A stretch of 64,000 bases of DNA from the human T2T-CHM13v2.0 reference genome, Homo sapiens, in assembly GCF_009914755.1 (NCBI RefSeq), contig NC_060947.1. One strand, 5' to 3'. The position numbers and the translations under genes were made by a program. The first letter of the stretch is position 1. Every line of letters begins with the position of its first letter. A model generated the notes under the pieces. The model searched no databases. It was not told the DNA's origin and saw only the letters and a program-made list of their open reading frames with translations. Positions 44,411 to 57,990 of this stretch are shown here, piece after piece.

Positions 44411-45090
44411 TGTTCGTATTGCTGGTGTTGTTATTCTTCTCATTACTGTATTACTGGTAAAACAGAGGATGCCAAGGAAGCCTAAGGGACTAGACAATAG
44501 ATGTCTTCACCTCTTCACTTTCCCAATGCAAGGAGAACCTCTTAAAGTCACAGACAGGGTTGACAATTTTCCCTGGCTACGTCTGTTCTCTTTCCTTGAA
44601 CTCCATTGACAGGTTCATTGTCTATGTTTTTGTGGGTTTTTGGTTTTGGATGACTTCCCTCTGACCACGCTCCTTGTGTAACAATTCCTTTGGAAGAAAT
44701 AGGTGAGACAATGACTGTAGGTCAACTTGCCTTAGTGTTGCCTGTCCATGTCTCAAATCTGTACCTCTGAAGAATCTTGTTTCATTTAAATACCACTGAC
44801 AGAATTGGCTTGCACACATATTCTCATGCTTTTTTGTGGAAATACACTCAAAAATGACACTTATACAACTGATAGTCCCAACTCCTTTCTTACAGTCCTC
44901 CAACTTACATTTCTATACCAGAACTTCCATCATCACTATGCTGTAAATTCTTCTAGACCTTGTTTTCTGCATTTACTTTTATATATGGCTCCATGAAGAA
45001 ACAAAAATAGGATGATAAAATGCATAATGTTTTGCAAGTTTCTTTCTTCAATTACCACTTTTTAGAGATATTTTTCATGCCTTTTTAAAA

Positions 45091-45357
45091 ATTATTTATT
45101 TATTTATTTATTGAGACGGAGTCTTACTCTGTAGCCCAAGCTGGAGTGCAGTGGTATGATCTTGGCTCACTGCAACCGCTGCCTCTTAGGCTCAAGTGAT
45201 GCATCAGCCTCCCGAGTACCTGGGACTACAGGCACATGTCACCATGCCCAGCTAATTTTTTGTATTTTAGTAGAGATGGGGTTTCACCATTTTTTCCAGG
45301 GTGTTCTCAAACGCCTGAGCCCAGGCTATCTGCCTGTCTCGGCCTCCCAAAGTGCTG
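45091..45357 (-). mobile_element. Alu (antisense, 5'-truncated)
   Basis: (ttta)n tail, then gagacggagtcttactctgtagcccaagctggagtgcagtgg. Confidence 0.92.
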
Positions 45358-46233
45358 TCATGCCTTTAAATAGAGAACCCCATCATCTTTTTCAATGGCT
45401 GCTTTTTATTTCACATTATTGATATAACAATCTATTAACAATAGGAATTCAGAAAAATTGCCTCTGTCAACCAAGGAAATCACCCAGTTTGACAAAAATG
45501 TAAGGTAGACACAAGCTAAACACATAAAAGAAGATATTGTATGCTCCTCTAAGAATAAATTATGAAATAATAGGAATAATATATCCAGTTCACACTGGCC
45601 ATCAGATATACCTGAATATGATTTTTTTAAATACTGAGAATTATTCATGAAACATTTTTATATGTTTCCTGTTTGACACTATTATACCATTATTTCTAGA
45701 TTGAAAAATTAATTACTATATCATTTCTGCCACCATTTTAATCTGTGAACTCAGTGCAAGCACAGTCATGAACCTCCATATGAATTTGACATGAAACAAA
45801 ATGAGCTGATTATTCAATTAAAAGGACAAGAACACATATGGGAATAACCTTGATAGGGAGCTTGGCCTACAAGACATGAAAACCTACATAATAGATTTAG
45901 AAATTAAAACAGGGATGAAAATTGCCTCAATAAAACAGAGCAGATTCTAGATACAGACCCGTGTGTATGACAGAATGAAAGAAATAGTATCGTTGGCATT
46001 TTAAATCAGATCATGGCCCAGAGCAATCTCTTATGACTGCTGCTGGTAGCAGAGTGTGTTAGTATGTGTCTGTGTGGGTATGGGTGTGGGTGTGTGGGGG
46101 TGATGTGATAGGGATGTGATAGTGGACAGTGAGGAAAAGACCCCTGGGTCCACTTGGTTATCTTGATTTCATCATTTTTACCAGGCTTTCTTGGTTGTGC
46201 TGTCTTTCTGAGGCAACGTGGAGTCTACCAGTC

Positions 46234-46461
46234 ACGGACAAAGGACTCTCTGAAGTCAGTCCCAGCACACCTGCACCAAATATCAGGAGGAAGGCAGATG
46301 AATACTTAAAGTCCAACATGTCCCCCAACAATGTGCTGAGTTTTTTACTCGGTAGACAACTGGGGAGGCACAGAAATGATGTGGATCTGACAAAGTGGTT
46401 GTGGATGCTGACACGAGCAATGCCAGGGTGGAGCTGGCCTTTGCCAAAAAAAATCACGTGA
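46234..46461 (+). pseudogene. ETD-family paralogue with ACG at the start position (75 codons open); pseudogene or non-AUG/internal-ATG gene
   Basis: (T)[74 protein letters not shown]. Conserved acceptor ttttaccag|46185, AATAAA at 46520-46525, in-frame ATG at 46318. Confidence 0.75.
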
Positions 46462-48111
46462 CTTACAAGCACATGCCTACACAGAATCTTGGAAAATAAT
46501 TTTTTTTAAAAAGTATTAGAATAAAATTCTTCCCTAGCTTCAGCTATTGAAATAGAAGCTGTGTTTTCATTTATTTTGGTTTGATATGTTTTTATGCTGA
46601 TATGGCTTTCTTGAGTTACACTGGACAGGGGATTCTATTCATTCTAAACATTCTGTGCAGGAGCACTCAGACACAGGGGAGATACAGGTCATGCTGCAGA
46701 TCAGATTTCTTCCACCATAAATCTTTCTTTTTTTTTCAAAGCAAGGGAGTACTTAGGTTAGTACCAGGCCATGCAAGGATGCAAGACTCCTCTCCCTAAC
46801 GATTTTGAAGAGATATCCATCCAGTTCTCCTCTAAAACCTAATTGCTTACCCAGATGAAAAGATATTTGAGAATAATGAACCCATGAGTTGGGTGGGAGG
46901 TTTAGGATACCTTTTTATTCTGATGCTCATGAGAGCACCATTTAGAAACTACAGCATTGTGGATTTTTGGTTCTATTTAATATTAAAAAATTAGAGCACA
47001 AGGCATTTTAATATAGGGAACAGCATACTTTCAGATCCTTCTAAAAGCAGTTGTTCTTCTCATTGTCCCCAAAGAAGTAGAATCCCCAGGTGCACTTATT
47101 TGTGCCATCTGAAATAAATCTGTTTAGGCCACAGCCAATTGAAGAGAATTCATTTGACTGAAGTGGAACTAAACCAGAGGATAACAAGACTGTGACATGG
47201 CTTCCAGGAAAAAAAAGCTAAAGGACTGGGAAATACAGGTATTCGCTCTGAGACAAGTGAAATGAGAATTATGTAGGCAATTGGTCACTGAGAAGTGAGA
47301 GCTCAAGCTGAAGAGGGGACAGGGATTGCAAAGAGGTCAGAGCCATGGTGGATATGGGCAAGCTTAAGTTAGGAGTAAGATGAAATTAACATAAGGTCAA
47401 CCATTAAAGCCATTGCAAATTCCAAGCATTTCTCTTGTCCTTTCCTGTGAGCTGCAAAATAAGCCTGCAAGCAGTCCTTCTGTGCCCTCTTCCTCTCCTC
47501 CCAAATTCTCTGGGTCCTCACAACCTGTCCAGCACTCCCCAAGGCCTCTTCCTGTCTCTCCACCTCCACCTACATCTAAGGCGCTGTTACTGTCTCTCCC
47601 CTTAGCCAGGTTTCTTCCAGATTTGTGTTAGGTAGAAAATTTAACCCTTCCATGTCCTTTTCACCCTCCTCTCTGTCCCTGTCGCCTTCTCTGTCCCTGC
47701 TCTGATTCAATATTGCCAAAAAATAGCCACCAGCCTCTCTTCAGAGGATGCAGCTGGCTGTAGGATGAAATGGGGAGGGGTTAGAGACTACAAGGTAGAA
47801 GGGCCTCCTGGGTGCACTGTTGGTGGGAACACTGCCTGGACACTCCTGCATCGGTGACTATTTTCCTGCAGTCCAGCATCAAACAGTGGCTGCGAGGAGG
47901 AGAAAAGGTGGGGAATGGAGACTGAAAGAGCAGCAGGTAGGCCAAGAAGGAGTAAAACCCACAGGAGCAGAGGCCGATAACAGCCAACCTCCTATACCCC
48001 ATGGCCACACAACTGAAGAGACAGAAATTAGGATGCATAGTTACACATGGATAAATCTCACCATCATATTGAGTGAGAAAACAAGTAGCATAGAAGGGTC
48101 CAGTAGTGCTT

Positions 48112-48466
48112 ATGCTATGCTCTGAAGGCTTGTTCCCCACCCCTCCACTTCATATGTTGAAATCCTAAGGTGATAGTATTAGGAGGTGGGGCCTTTGGGA
48201 GGTGATTGGGTCATGAGGGTGGAGCCCTCATGAATAGGATTAGTGCCTTTATAAAATAGGCCCAAAGGAGCTCATTCATCCCTTCTGCCATGTGAGGAAG
48301 CACTGTTATATAAACCCGGATGTGAGCCCTCTCCAGGAACTGAATCTGCTGGCATCTTGATCTTGGACTTCCCAGCCTCCAGAACTGGGAGCAATAGACT
48401 TTCTTTTTATTATGTTACCCAGTTTATGGTGTTTTGTTATAGCAGCCCAATTGGACTAAGTAAGAC
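48112..48466 (+). mobile_element. MaLR MLT1A-like LTR
   Basis: tgctatgctctgaa...ggaggtggggcctttgggaggtgattgggtcatgaggg...ttttgttatagcagccc. Confidence 0.88.
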
Positions 48467-51400
48467 AAGTTTGTTACATACAAAGATAGTAAAGATTCAA
48501 ACTAGTGTAGCAGGATGTTCAACTGGTACTCTATCTAGTCTCAGACTTGGCTGACTTCCTAGAAAAACTGATATCAACTACTCATCATCTCACAGGCAGT
48601 TACCTGTCCATCCACAGAGAATTGGTAAATAAGGTAATCACAAACAGTGGAATGAACTCTCACTATTCACCCATGTGAGGGTATGTACACACATGGGAGA
48701 ATCTGGGTAGGCTGGAGACCAGAGAAGCCCCACTTCATGGAGGTTGTATAGTATGCTAAGTTTACAGAAGGAAAGTACCCTTCACCTCAAACTTACTGGG
48801 GAAATTAAGTAGTCTCTAAGTGTTCACTGAGAGGGCTTGATTTGTTGCTCCAGAAATCAGAATCACAAGTAAAAAATCCAAAAGGGGAGTGACTGGCAGA
48901 GAGAGAGAGAGAGAGGCAGAGAGAGAGAGAGAAAGAAAATTTGGCTGGGATTCTCCTAAGAAGAATATTCTTAAGTGATCTTAGAGGAGGTTATGTGTAA
49001 CCCTAACAGAGAAATTCTTGGTGCAGGTGAACCTCAGGACCGGAGGCTGATTGGAGTGTTTTATTCTGTGTCATGGAAATACTCTCTCCTTCCACACCTC
49101 AATTTCTGCCTGCTGCCTCTTATTGGCCAAATACATATGCCTGCTGCCTCTCATTGGCCCCACTAGTCAGAGGGCAAGGAAGGCCAGGTGATATAGCCTT
49201 TATGTGTCAAGTACCTGAGGAACAGAGCAGTATAGAGAAGGAAGTAGGATATATCTGATTAAACAAACTGAGAATAACAAAAAATAATCCACCACTTTTC
49301 CCACAACCAGCACCCACTGTTGCTTTGAGCAGATGAAGGAACCCTTTGCCTAGCACAGGGTACCACACAAAGTCCCATTAGCCCTTATATTATCATAGGG
49401 TGAGGTCACTTTTTATCATAATCCCACTTGAAATCTAAATTGTAAATTGTAACCTTAAGGCTGATGAGACATTTTCCTACACAATATCATGGGATGGACA
49501 AAGAATAGATCATCCCACCTACCTTCCCGCAAAACAAATTCTGCCAAAATCTCAAAATATTGGTGGATCTTTACCTGGTGGGGCAACCAAAGTTTTAATT
49601 CCCCCCAAAAAAAATCAGTCTAAAAGATCTCAGTCTTTAGAGGTGATATAATTATGGAATTGCAGCACTTTTACAACGAACATCAGAACTGGACACAGGA
49701 GTACTAGGAGGTACCCCAGTGAATCCCCTCAGTTCCAGAAATAATCATCTTTTCATCGCTATGAAGCAGCAAACTAAAATTCCCCCTTAATAATCCAGTT
49801 TACTTACTTATTCAACACCCCTTCTCAGCTATCAGTTCTGCAACCTGAACAGCTTAGAATGGACAGGAAACAATTGGTCATTGTCAGTTTCTAATTTAAT
49901 GGAACCATGGATATGTTCCATGGGAGAGGCATATTGTCTTGAAGACTTTAACCTGAAAACCACCCAATTGCTATTTTGGCGGAAAGGAAAAGAGAAAATC
50001 TGTAAATGATTTTTTGGTATAATAGTGGGAGGGGTCACTTTCTACCCCAAGCAATCTATGATGCCATTCCCCCAGGCCAGGTTGGGGTAGAGAGTGACCC
50101 TTCCCTGGGCCTGCTCCAGAGGACCAGTCATGTCCACACTCATCAGCCTTAGGATGCCTCCAGGCCTCTGGTTTCCTTTGGTTTGTCTAGGGGCTTACAG
50201 TCCTAGTCTGATAAGTTCACTTCCTGTGGAGCTTGACCAACATCCGTTGTCCTGTGCCTGAAGAACCAATGCCAAATATGCAGGGAGATCCTTGATCATT
50301 CCCAAAGGCTCTCAAAGAAAGCAGCACAATGCCCACCACTGCTCGGCCTTCTAGGGGTAGGAAAAGGAACAGGAACAAGAAGTAGGAATGAAACCAGGAA
50401 GGGGTGGACCCCCTCTCCCTCCATCTTTTCTATGGGCTGCCCTACTCTCTCTCACTCCACTTCAAGCTAGTGCCAGCTTGAAGGAAAAAAGATGAAGGGG
50501 CTCCCTGCTGTGTATGGAGGGGCCTGTGCTCTAGGCGATGATCATAACACACAGCTGCATGATTCCAGTGCAGGGTCTCTGATCATCGCCCAGTGTGTCA
50601 TGTATATTTATTATACATGTGCATGCTAATACTATTTCTTCTTAGTGCCAGGGAATCCAGTGCCTGAAATACTTTCTTTTTAACCTCACATTTACCCCCA
50701 GGACCACAGTTATGAGGGAGCACATGGCCCAGAGAAGATTGGAGGTCCAGAATCTTTACCTCTTTACCTTCCCTGTATGCTGCTACTCCTGGGCCTCTTA
50801 GCAGTGGCAGCACCTTCCAAATCCTCTTCACCCCTAACCTCTGTTTTGACCCCAAGCAACTCTACAAACCCTCTAGTCCCAACTGCTGCAAGGACCTACT
50901 TCTTTTTACTTCCCAGTCTGAGAAAAGAATGTGTGTGAGTAAAGGACCTCATGGGGATTAAAGAACAGGAGGGCAGAATGGCTGGGGCAGTGATGAGAGG
51001 TTGAAGTTTGAGAGGAGGTAGACTGGGAGAAGTAGGCAGGGCCAACTTCTCCTAGGACCTTGTTATATCTGAGAAGGTTTGGGATCTTCTTCTAAGTTCG
51101 ATGGAGAGTACTGACTATCCCCTTTCCCTATTCCAGTGCATCACGGGGAGCAGCTCCTGAATGCCCCTTCTCTGGGAGGCACTGCTCTCCTGGCTTGCTC
51201 TAGCTCGACCACCAGGACTTACCTAATGCCTCCCTGAAGTTGCCTTCTCACTGCCCTTCTGCCCCTCTAGCCAATTTAGTCTCCAGGACACTGTCCCTAC
51301 CTCACAGCTATGGTGACTTAGGATCAACATTCAAGGTAAATCCAAGGAAATGATGAAGCCTTTTACTCTCCTTGGCAGGATGAGTGAGTTGTGTTCTGAG

Positions 51401-51823
51401 TGTTGGGAGAAGAAAACAGATCAAAAGCTGAGCTTGTGCTTTACCTGCCCTGGCATGGTATATAAAGACTTCACCTCCAAGTCCTGAGCACCCACATACA
51501 TATACTCATATATAATTGTGCTATATGCATGTCTGTGTGTATGGATAAACCAGTACTTCACAGGTATACACAGCTCAATGATCTACCGCAAGTAAAACCT
51601 GGAACTGCCATCCAAATAAATAAATACAACTTGCCAGCAACTTTGAAATCTCACACCTGGCCCCTCTTAATCACAATATTCTCCCTCCCTCTTAAAGGTT
51701 ACCACTATCCTGAATTTTATGGTAATCACCAACTTATCCTTTTTTTGTTTTCGCTTCCCACCTAAACTCGCATCATTAAATACTATCCTTATGTTTTCTT
51801 CATTAAGAAAAAGTAACCTTTTT

Positions 51824-52188
51824 GTTACTGTGGTTGCTGTCTGAATATTCCTGTCCCCACATAATTCATATGTTGGAACCTAATAATGTGATAGTATTAA
51901 GAAGTGGAGCCTTTGAGAAGAGATTAATTCATGAGGGCTGTACCCTCAGGAATGGGATTAGTGTCCTTTTAAGAGGCCTGAGTGAGTCCCCTACCCATTT
52001 GTGCCATGTGAAGATGCAGCAAGAAGGCACCATCTATGAAGCAAGGAGTGAAGCCTCTCTAGAGACCAAATCTGCTGGTGCCTTGATTTTGGACTCCCAA
52101 CCTCCAGAGCTGTGAGCAATAAATTTCTGCTATTTATAAATTATCCAGTCAAAGGTATTTTGTTATAGCAGCCCAAATAGACAAAGAC
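51824..52188 (+). mobile_element. MaLR MLT1A-like LTR
   Basis: atctgctggtgccttgattttggactcccaacctccagagctgtgagcaataaatttctg...gtattttgttatagcagccc. Confidence 0.88.
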
Positions 52189-54623
52189 TGTGGTACATAA
52201 TATGCACGAACATGTTCAAAGGAAAATGGAATGAAATATCTAACCATATCTGAGGAGTCTGGCTCCTGGCCAAAAACGTATGAGTGACTTTTTAGGCAGC
52301 CCTCATGATCTGGGTGAAAGGCTGCCCTCCTTACATCAGAGGTGGTCCACAGCCAATGCACTGCACTGTCCAAAGGGAGCTGCAGTCAAGGGCTCAGTCC
52401 CCTACCCAGGCAGCCATCCTCTTACCTATATCTGCATTCCTAGCCCTAGCCCTACTCCTAGCCCACTTATCCCGGGCCTTTAGCCCTGGTGCCTCTGCCT
52501 GAACTTCCTTATGGAGAGAGGAAAAGAAATCTTCAAGACACCTTTCTCCATGCTGGCTCAGTACTCAGAACTTTTTCACTCCAGACCTTCCCCTCTCCTT
52601 ATTCCCAGGTTTGTAAACCACAGGAGCCTTTGTTCGGGGATCCCTTGACAGTGAGACTATTCTTCAAGTGTGATTTCTGTGCTTTACATTCAATCATTGG
52701 TCAATGTCATTAAGTTGTTAGGGACCTCCACTAATCAGATACCTGCAAAGAAGTCCTTGAAGTTCTTTCCCAAGGACACACAGCTAGTAAGTTGCAGAGG
52801 CACGATTGGAACTAGGTGTGTGTTATCTGTAGCCTGAGGGCCCTTAACCCCACAGCACCTAGAATGACATGGAACTTATCTGCGTGTGGGGGCAGGTAAA
52901 CAGATATTCATTAAAGGTATGTTGAAAATGAAGATAAGGAAAATTAACTTTTTTCTTGCTATCTAAACAAAATGCTTTTCATATTTTGCTTTATTTTCTT
53001 CTTGTCCTTACTTTGTATACACACACATATATACAATGTATATAATTTTTTCTCTCTCAACTTACAGTCATTACACTGTTATTACTTTGTTTTTGTAACC
53101 TGTGTTTTTAATTTTATTTGAAAATAAGTGCATTCTTTCTGATTACAAAGCTGGTTTCTTACTGCAGAGGCCTTTTAGTTTCATAATTTCATAATGGCAT
53201 AAAGCAGAGAATAAAGAGTGAACTATACTGCCATAATGTCAATTATCCAGAGAGAACCAAATTTTTACTTTTATTCATTTTTTACTTTTTAAAATATTTG
53301 TAAACATTTTTATATATTTCCTTCTACTCAGTTCTCTACATACCTACCCATTTTTCCTGTTATAAAACTGGAATCACGTGAAAACTTTCAATTGTACCTT
53401 CTTTTTGCTCAGGACAGAGTCTTGAAGACACCCACATGTAGGTGGCAGGAATGGAGGAGTGCATTAGGTAAATGGTGTCAGAGGAGGTAAATATTGGAAT
53501 CCTAAATGCAAAGAGAATTCTCCAAGCAGTCGTCAAATGCTTCTGAGAGGTGAGATGTGAAGGAAAACTGCTAAGAAGAAGTGGCATTCACTACCGAGAT
53601 GTTCCCTTATGTCATTGGAAAGCAGGCCAGTAGGATGAGGGCGTCAGCTCTAGACTCAGGGCAAAGGAGGCAGGGAAGGGTCAAGAAGGAGAGGGAGCAA
53701 GGACAGGGTGCATCTCATGTCAATTTGGTGTGTGAGGTAAGCAGAGAGGAAAGATGATGCAATTTGAGGATTTTGGGGGTTGAGAAGCCCTGAGAGGTGA
53801 AGGATCTACTGTCATGTGAGAGAGGGATGAGATGCAAGGAGGAGGAAGGTCACTGATGCAGCAGGAGACAGAGCTCGCAGGATGGGGAGGGATCAGAGAC
53901 ACAATGAGCAGAGGAGGAAGCAACAGTTATTCCAGTTGGGGGTTGGGTGCATCTGTGGAAAGGTGCACTCAACAGACCTGTTCCTCTCTCAGAGAACATT
54001 CCTTCCCCTTCCTGTTCTGCACTGTCTTCTGTCTCCTGGCTTCTGCACAAGACAGGTAGACTCAGAAATGTCTCCGCAATCTGGGGTAGAGAGGACTCTA
54101 GACAGCTGGGGCAGCCTGAGGGCACTGTATACCTGAGGGGGTGTCAGAGGATGGAAGCAGATGGTACCCATCAGTACCAAAGATTCCAAGAAAGCATGCG
54201 ATTACAAGTACATATTTCTTTTCTTTAACTCAGGTTTTCTTAATTTTGTTTTAGCATGGAGAACTTTCATCCATATAATAGCTGATAAGGTATTGTAAAA
54301 CTGCTGTTTCATGAAGTTCAGCTAGAGAAATTTCCTAATGTACATGTAAGCATTTTGGCAATACTTGGAAACTCTGCAGATGTTGACACTTTCTAGTAGA
54401 TCTGTAATTTGAAGTAACAACTGAGCTGATCAGAAATGTGACTCTCTTTATAACTCATCTCAACATGCTCATAAACTCTTATTTCTACTGATAGAAGAAA
54501 CTACCAAACCTTGCCACTTTAAGGTGACTCAATTCCTTCTGGTTTAAAATATAATCACTTTTAGGCAATTAATTGCTTATTTTGTTCTTGATTTCAGTTG
54601 TGTAGATTTAAAGTCCAATATCC

Positions 54624-55184
54624 TTATGAAGGCTGCCCTGTCCCTCTCATGTGCCCTTCCCTACTCTCCCTCCTAATCCTTCCCCCTTTTCCTCTTTCTT
54701 CATCCCCTCCTCATGCCCCCTTCTCTTCACCTCCCTCCTGCTATTCTTCCTCCTTTACTTCTTCTCCTTGCTTTTCTCCTTCTTGTCCTCCTCTCCCTTC
54801 TCTCCCTCTCTCCCTACCCAATCCTCACTTCCTTCTCCTTCAACTCCTCTTCTGACTCTCACTCTTCTTCCCCTCGTCTTCCTCCCCAAGAAATTATCTG
54901 GCTACAGATGACTGCAGCAAGGAGGATGGGCCTGTCCCTTTTGCTCCCTCATCTCCCTTGGTCTTTGAGTGTTTGCCATTTTCCCCTCTATCTTCAACAG
55001 ATAAGACTGACTCTTCCTGGCCTTTGGCACACAGATGGTGGTATTGATGGTTTCCATCATGGCCTCTAGTCAGGACAGCTACATACTCTGAACCATTCTC
55101 TTTCAAGTCCTGGTCCTTGTCTTGCTGACCAGTCTTCTCAGTGCCTCTGTGGATTCTCTTTCTGGGCCTGCAGCTGGAACTCAT
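54624..55184 (-). pseudogene. Possible decayed single-exon Glu/Gly-rich protein gene
   Basis: 96-aa hydrophilic ORF (MSSSCRPRKRIHRG...) runs through a stop into GAA/GAG/GGA-rich triplets (GQEGEKQGEEVKEEE*QEGGEEKG...GTGQPS*). Confidence 0.35.
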
Positions 55185-56499
55185 TCATGCTACAAATGAC
55201 CCATAGGGAATCTGACAGCACTGTGGCAGGACCTCTCTTTCCTAAATACCAGGCTGTCATTTCTGAACTCCTGTTGCTGCCTCTTGTTGGTGTGGGGCAC
55301 TGAGGGCAGGTCTCACTCCCAGAGCTACCAGTAGGATGTGGGGCAGCATGCCATTATGCTCCGGAATTCCCAACCTTTCATGGTTCCTGTCTCAATACTC
55401 CCCACTTCTTTCCCAAGCCTCCCTCCAGGGTCACTGCATACATTTACACATATTGTGCACTCTGCAATTAAAGTAGATTCATTCACATGCAATATATCCT
55501 GGAGTTGTGCAGTGTACAGCCTGCCTGACAGTACATATTTACCCTGTGCCCAGCCCCCTCCCTCGCTCCACCTTGCCCAGCTCTAGAAGAGCCCTACTCC
55601 CTCCTATGGGTCAGATATCAGCATCTATATCTCTCCGAAAGATTTGAGGTTCAGCAAATGTATACTTAAACACAAGTCTAGCTCTAAGAAATTGTGCTCT
55701 GAACTTCTCTCCATACACAGCAGTCACTGAAAGAGCTGTGCACAACTTTGGGCACCACAGTACTTAAACAGTGATAGGAAGAATGTGGAGATGGTCCCAA
55801 TGAAGAGAGACAAATTCAGAATTAGTGCAAATGCTTTTACAGTTGTGATTCACTTTATGCACTTCATACATGAAAACAAACTAAAGCGTTATTCTTTCTT
55901 TTCATGTGTGCTCCAATGTAGAAATTATGTCATACTTAGGTCTTGTTTTATGTTTTCTAGACTTTCCCAAGCTTTTTTCTATGAGGATTTTCCTACATAT
56001 GGAAAAGTTGGAAAAACTGTTCAGTAAACACCTGTACACCCTCCACCACAATCCAATGATTAGCTTTTGGTCATATTTTATGGGTATCATTTTTAATCTC
56101 TACATAATAGTTCATCAAATCAATGCATCTTAATTTTTTAGACAATCTCCCCATTTTGGATATATTCCTCGATTCCAAATCCCCAAAATTATAAGTAGTA
56201 ATGCTTAATGATAATCTCTGAGCACAAGACCCTCCTTTCTGAATTTTTAAAGCCTGTGACAGCTGATAAGCTAAAATGTTGATGCCAGTGCCCCTGAAAT
56301 TTTAATCTTTGAGGAAGGGTCTAAAGGGACTAATAGAGAATAGAAATTATAAGTGAATTCAGAAGAACAAGTACCTTGATATTGCTAGGAATCCAAATCT
56401 TAGAGCAGGCACAGTGTCCGGGGACTCTGTGAGTGTGTGTTTATGGGGGAGGGGTGTCACTGGATTCTACTTGTTCTGCCCAGGAGTACAGGCGTAAGC

Positions 56500-57990
56500 C
56501 ACTGTGCCCAGCCCATGAAACGTTAAAGTGGATTGATCTGCTCACCCATGTTGGAGGGTCCAAAAAACATACGTCTCGTGACTGAGAAACAGATTTGTGA
56601 GAGGAGCCCCTGCAACCCCAAAAAGTTTTGTAATTGCTCTTCTTTATAGGTCAGAAATTCTAGAGGAAACTACTGCCACTGAACCGGTATAATTAAATGT
56701 AATGAGGATAGCTGGATTGTGGGGTGGCAGGGGCCAAGTGGGGGCACTTAATTGACAAAGACAAAGTGTGCATAGTTACTGTAATGGGCAGCAGATTCAA
56801 TGCAGCAATAAGAATAGTCTGACTCACAGGGACATATGGCATTGATTAGTTGGTCATGGTGTCCCTTGAAGAGAAACAGATGGCAGTCTACTAAATTCTT
56901 CCTTGATATATATAAGTGGATGAGTTCTAGATTGAGTGCACAGAAGTCTAACCTGAATCACCAAAATAGTCCTAGCCCTTCGATCAATTCCCAGATTTGA
57001 GTCAATTTACAGACCCAGAACCCTATGAATAAAGAAGGACTCCACTCCACTCCACTGCCAAAAATATATACTGCTAATTTTCTGCAGCTTTCCCCAAAGA
57101 GATCTATGGCTTTAGGGGTGAATGTGCAGTAGGGAAAATGAAACAATCAAACTTTTCAGCGATTACTGTATATTGCTTCTGAACTAGCACTGATTCCAAA
57201 AGCCTCAAAATGTCACTGCAGTTCACCAGTCAGAGTTAACAGTTTATGGTGGTCAGGGGATTGATGGAGTTTTAGTTCAGCTTTGTCTCACAATGGGTCC
57301 TCCGGGTCTCTAAACTTATCCTATGGTTATTTCCCCAGTTCCAGAATGTATAATTGGAAGAAAAATACTCAGCAACTGACAGAATCCTCATACTATTTCC
57401 CTGATCTGTGGAGTGAGGACTAATGTGGTAGGAAAACGCAAGTGGAAGCCACTAGAACTGTCTTTACCTAGGAAAATAGCAAACCAAGAGCAATACCATA
57501 CTCCTAGAGAGATTGCAAGAGATTAGTAATACCATCAGTGACTTCAAATATGCAGACATCCCCATTTAACTCACCTGTTTGGCCTATGCAGAAGGCAGAT
57601 GGATCTTGGAAGATGGTAGTGGGTCATTGTAAACTAAGCCAGGTGATGACTCCAATTGCAGCTGCTGTTCCAGATGTGGTTTCATTTCTTGAGCAAATTA
57701 ACATATCCCCTGGAACCTAGTATGTACCTCTTGACCTTGAAAATGCTTTTTTTCTCAATAACTGTTAGTAAAGACCACCAGAAGCAATTTACTTTCAGCT
57801 GGTAAGACCAGGAATACACCTTCGCCATCCTACCTCAGGCGTATTGTATATCAATTTTCAAGCCCTACATCATAGTTTAGTTCACAGGGATCTTATCACC
57901 TTTCTCTTTCACAAGACAACACACTAGTCTGTTACACTGATGACATGCTAATTAGACCTAGTGAACAAGAAGTAGCAACTACTCTACACT
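56500..57990 (+). mobile_element. ERV-L (HERV-L-like) internal gag/pro/pol remnant
   Basis: ORF 57538..57720 TSPFNSPVWPMQKADGSWKMVV..LSQVMTPIAAAVPDVVSFLEQIN matches the ERV-L RT N-terminus, followed by DLENAFF and YTFAILPQ-like motifs. Confidence 0.88.

Noticed and set aside
50534-50590. C/D box snoRNA call
   Set aside because: Box C is imperfect (GCGATGA) and would be buried in the stem rather than flanked by it. Kept only as a generic hairpin.
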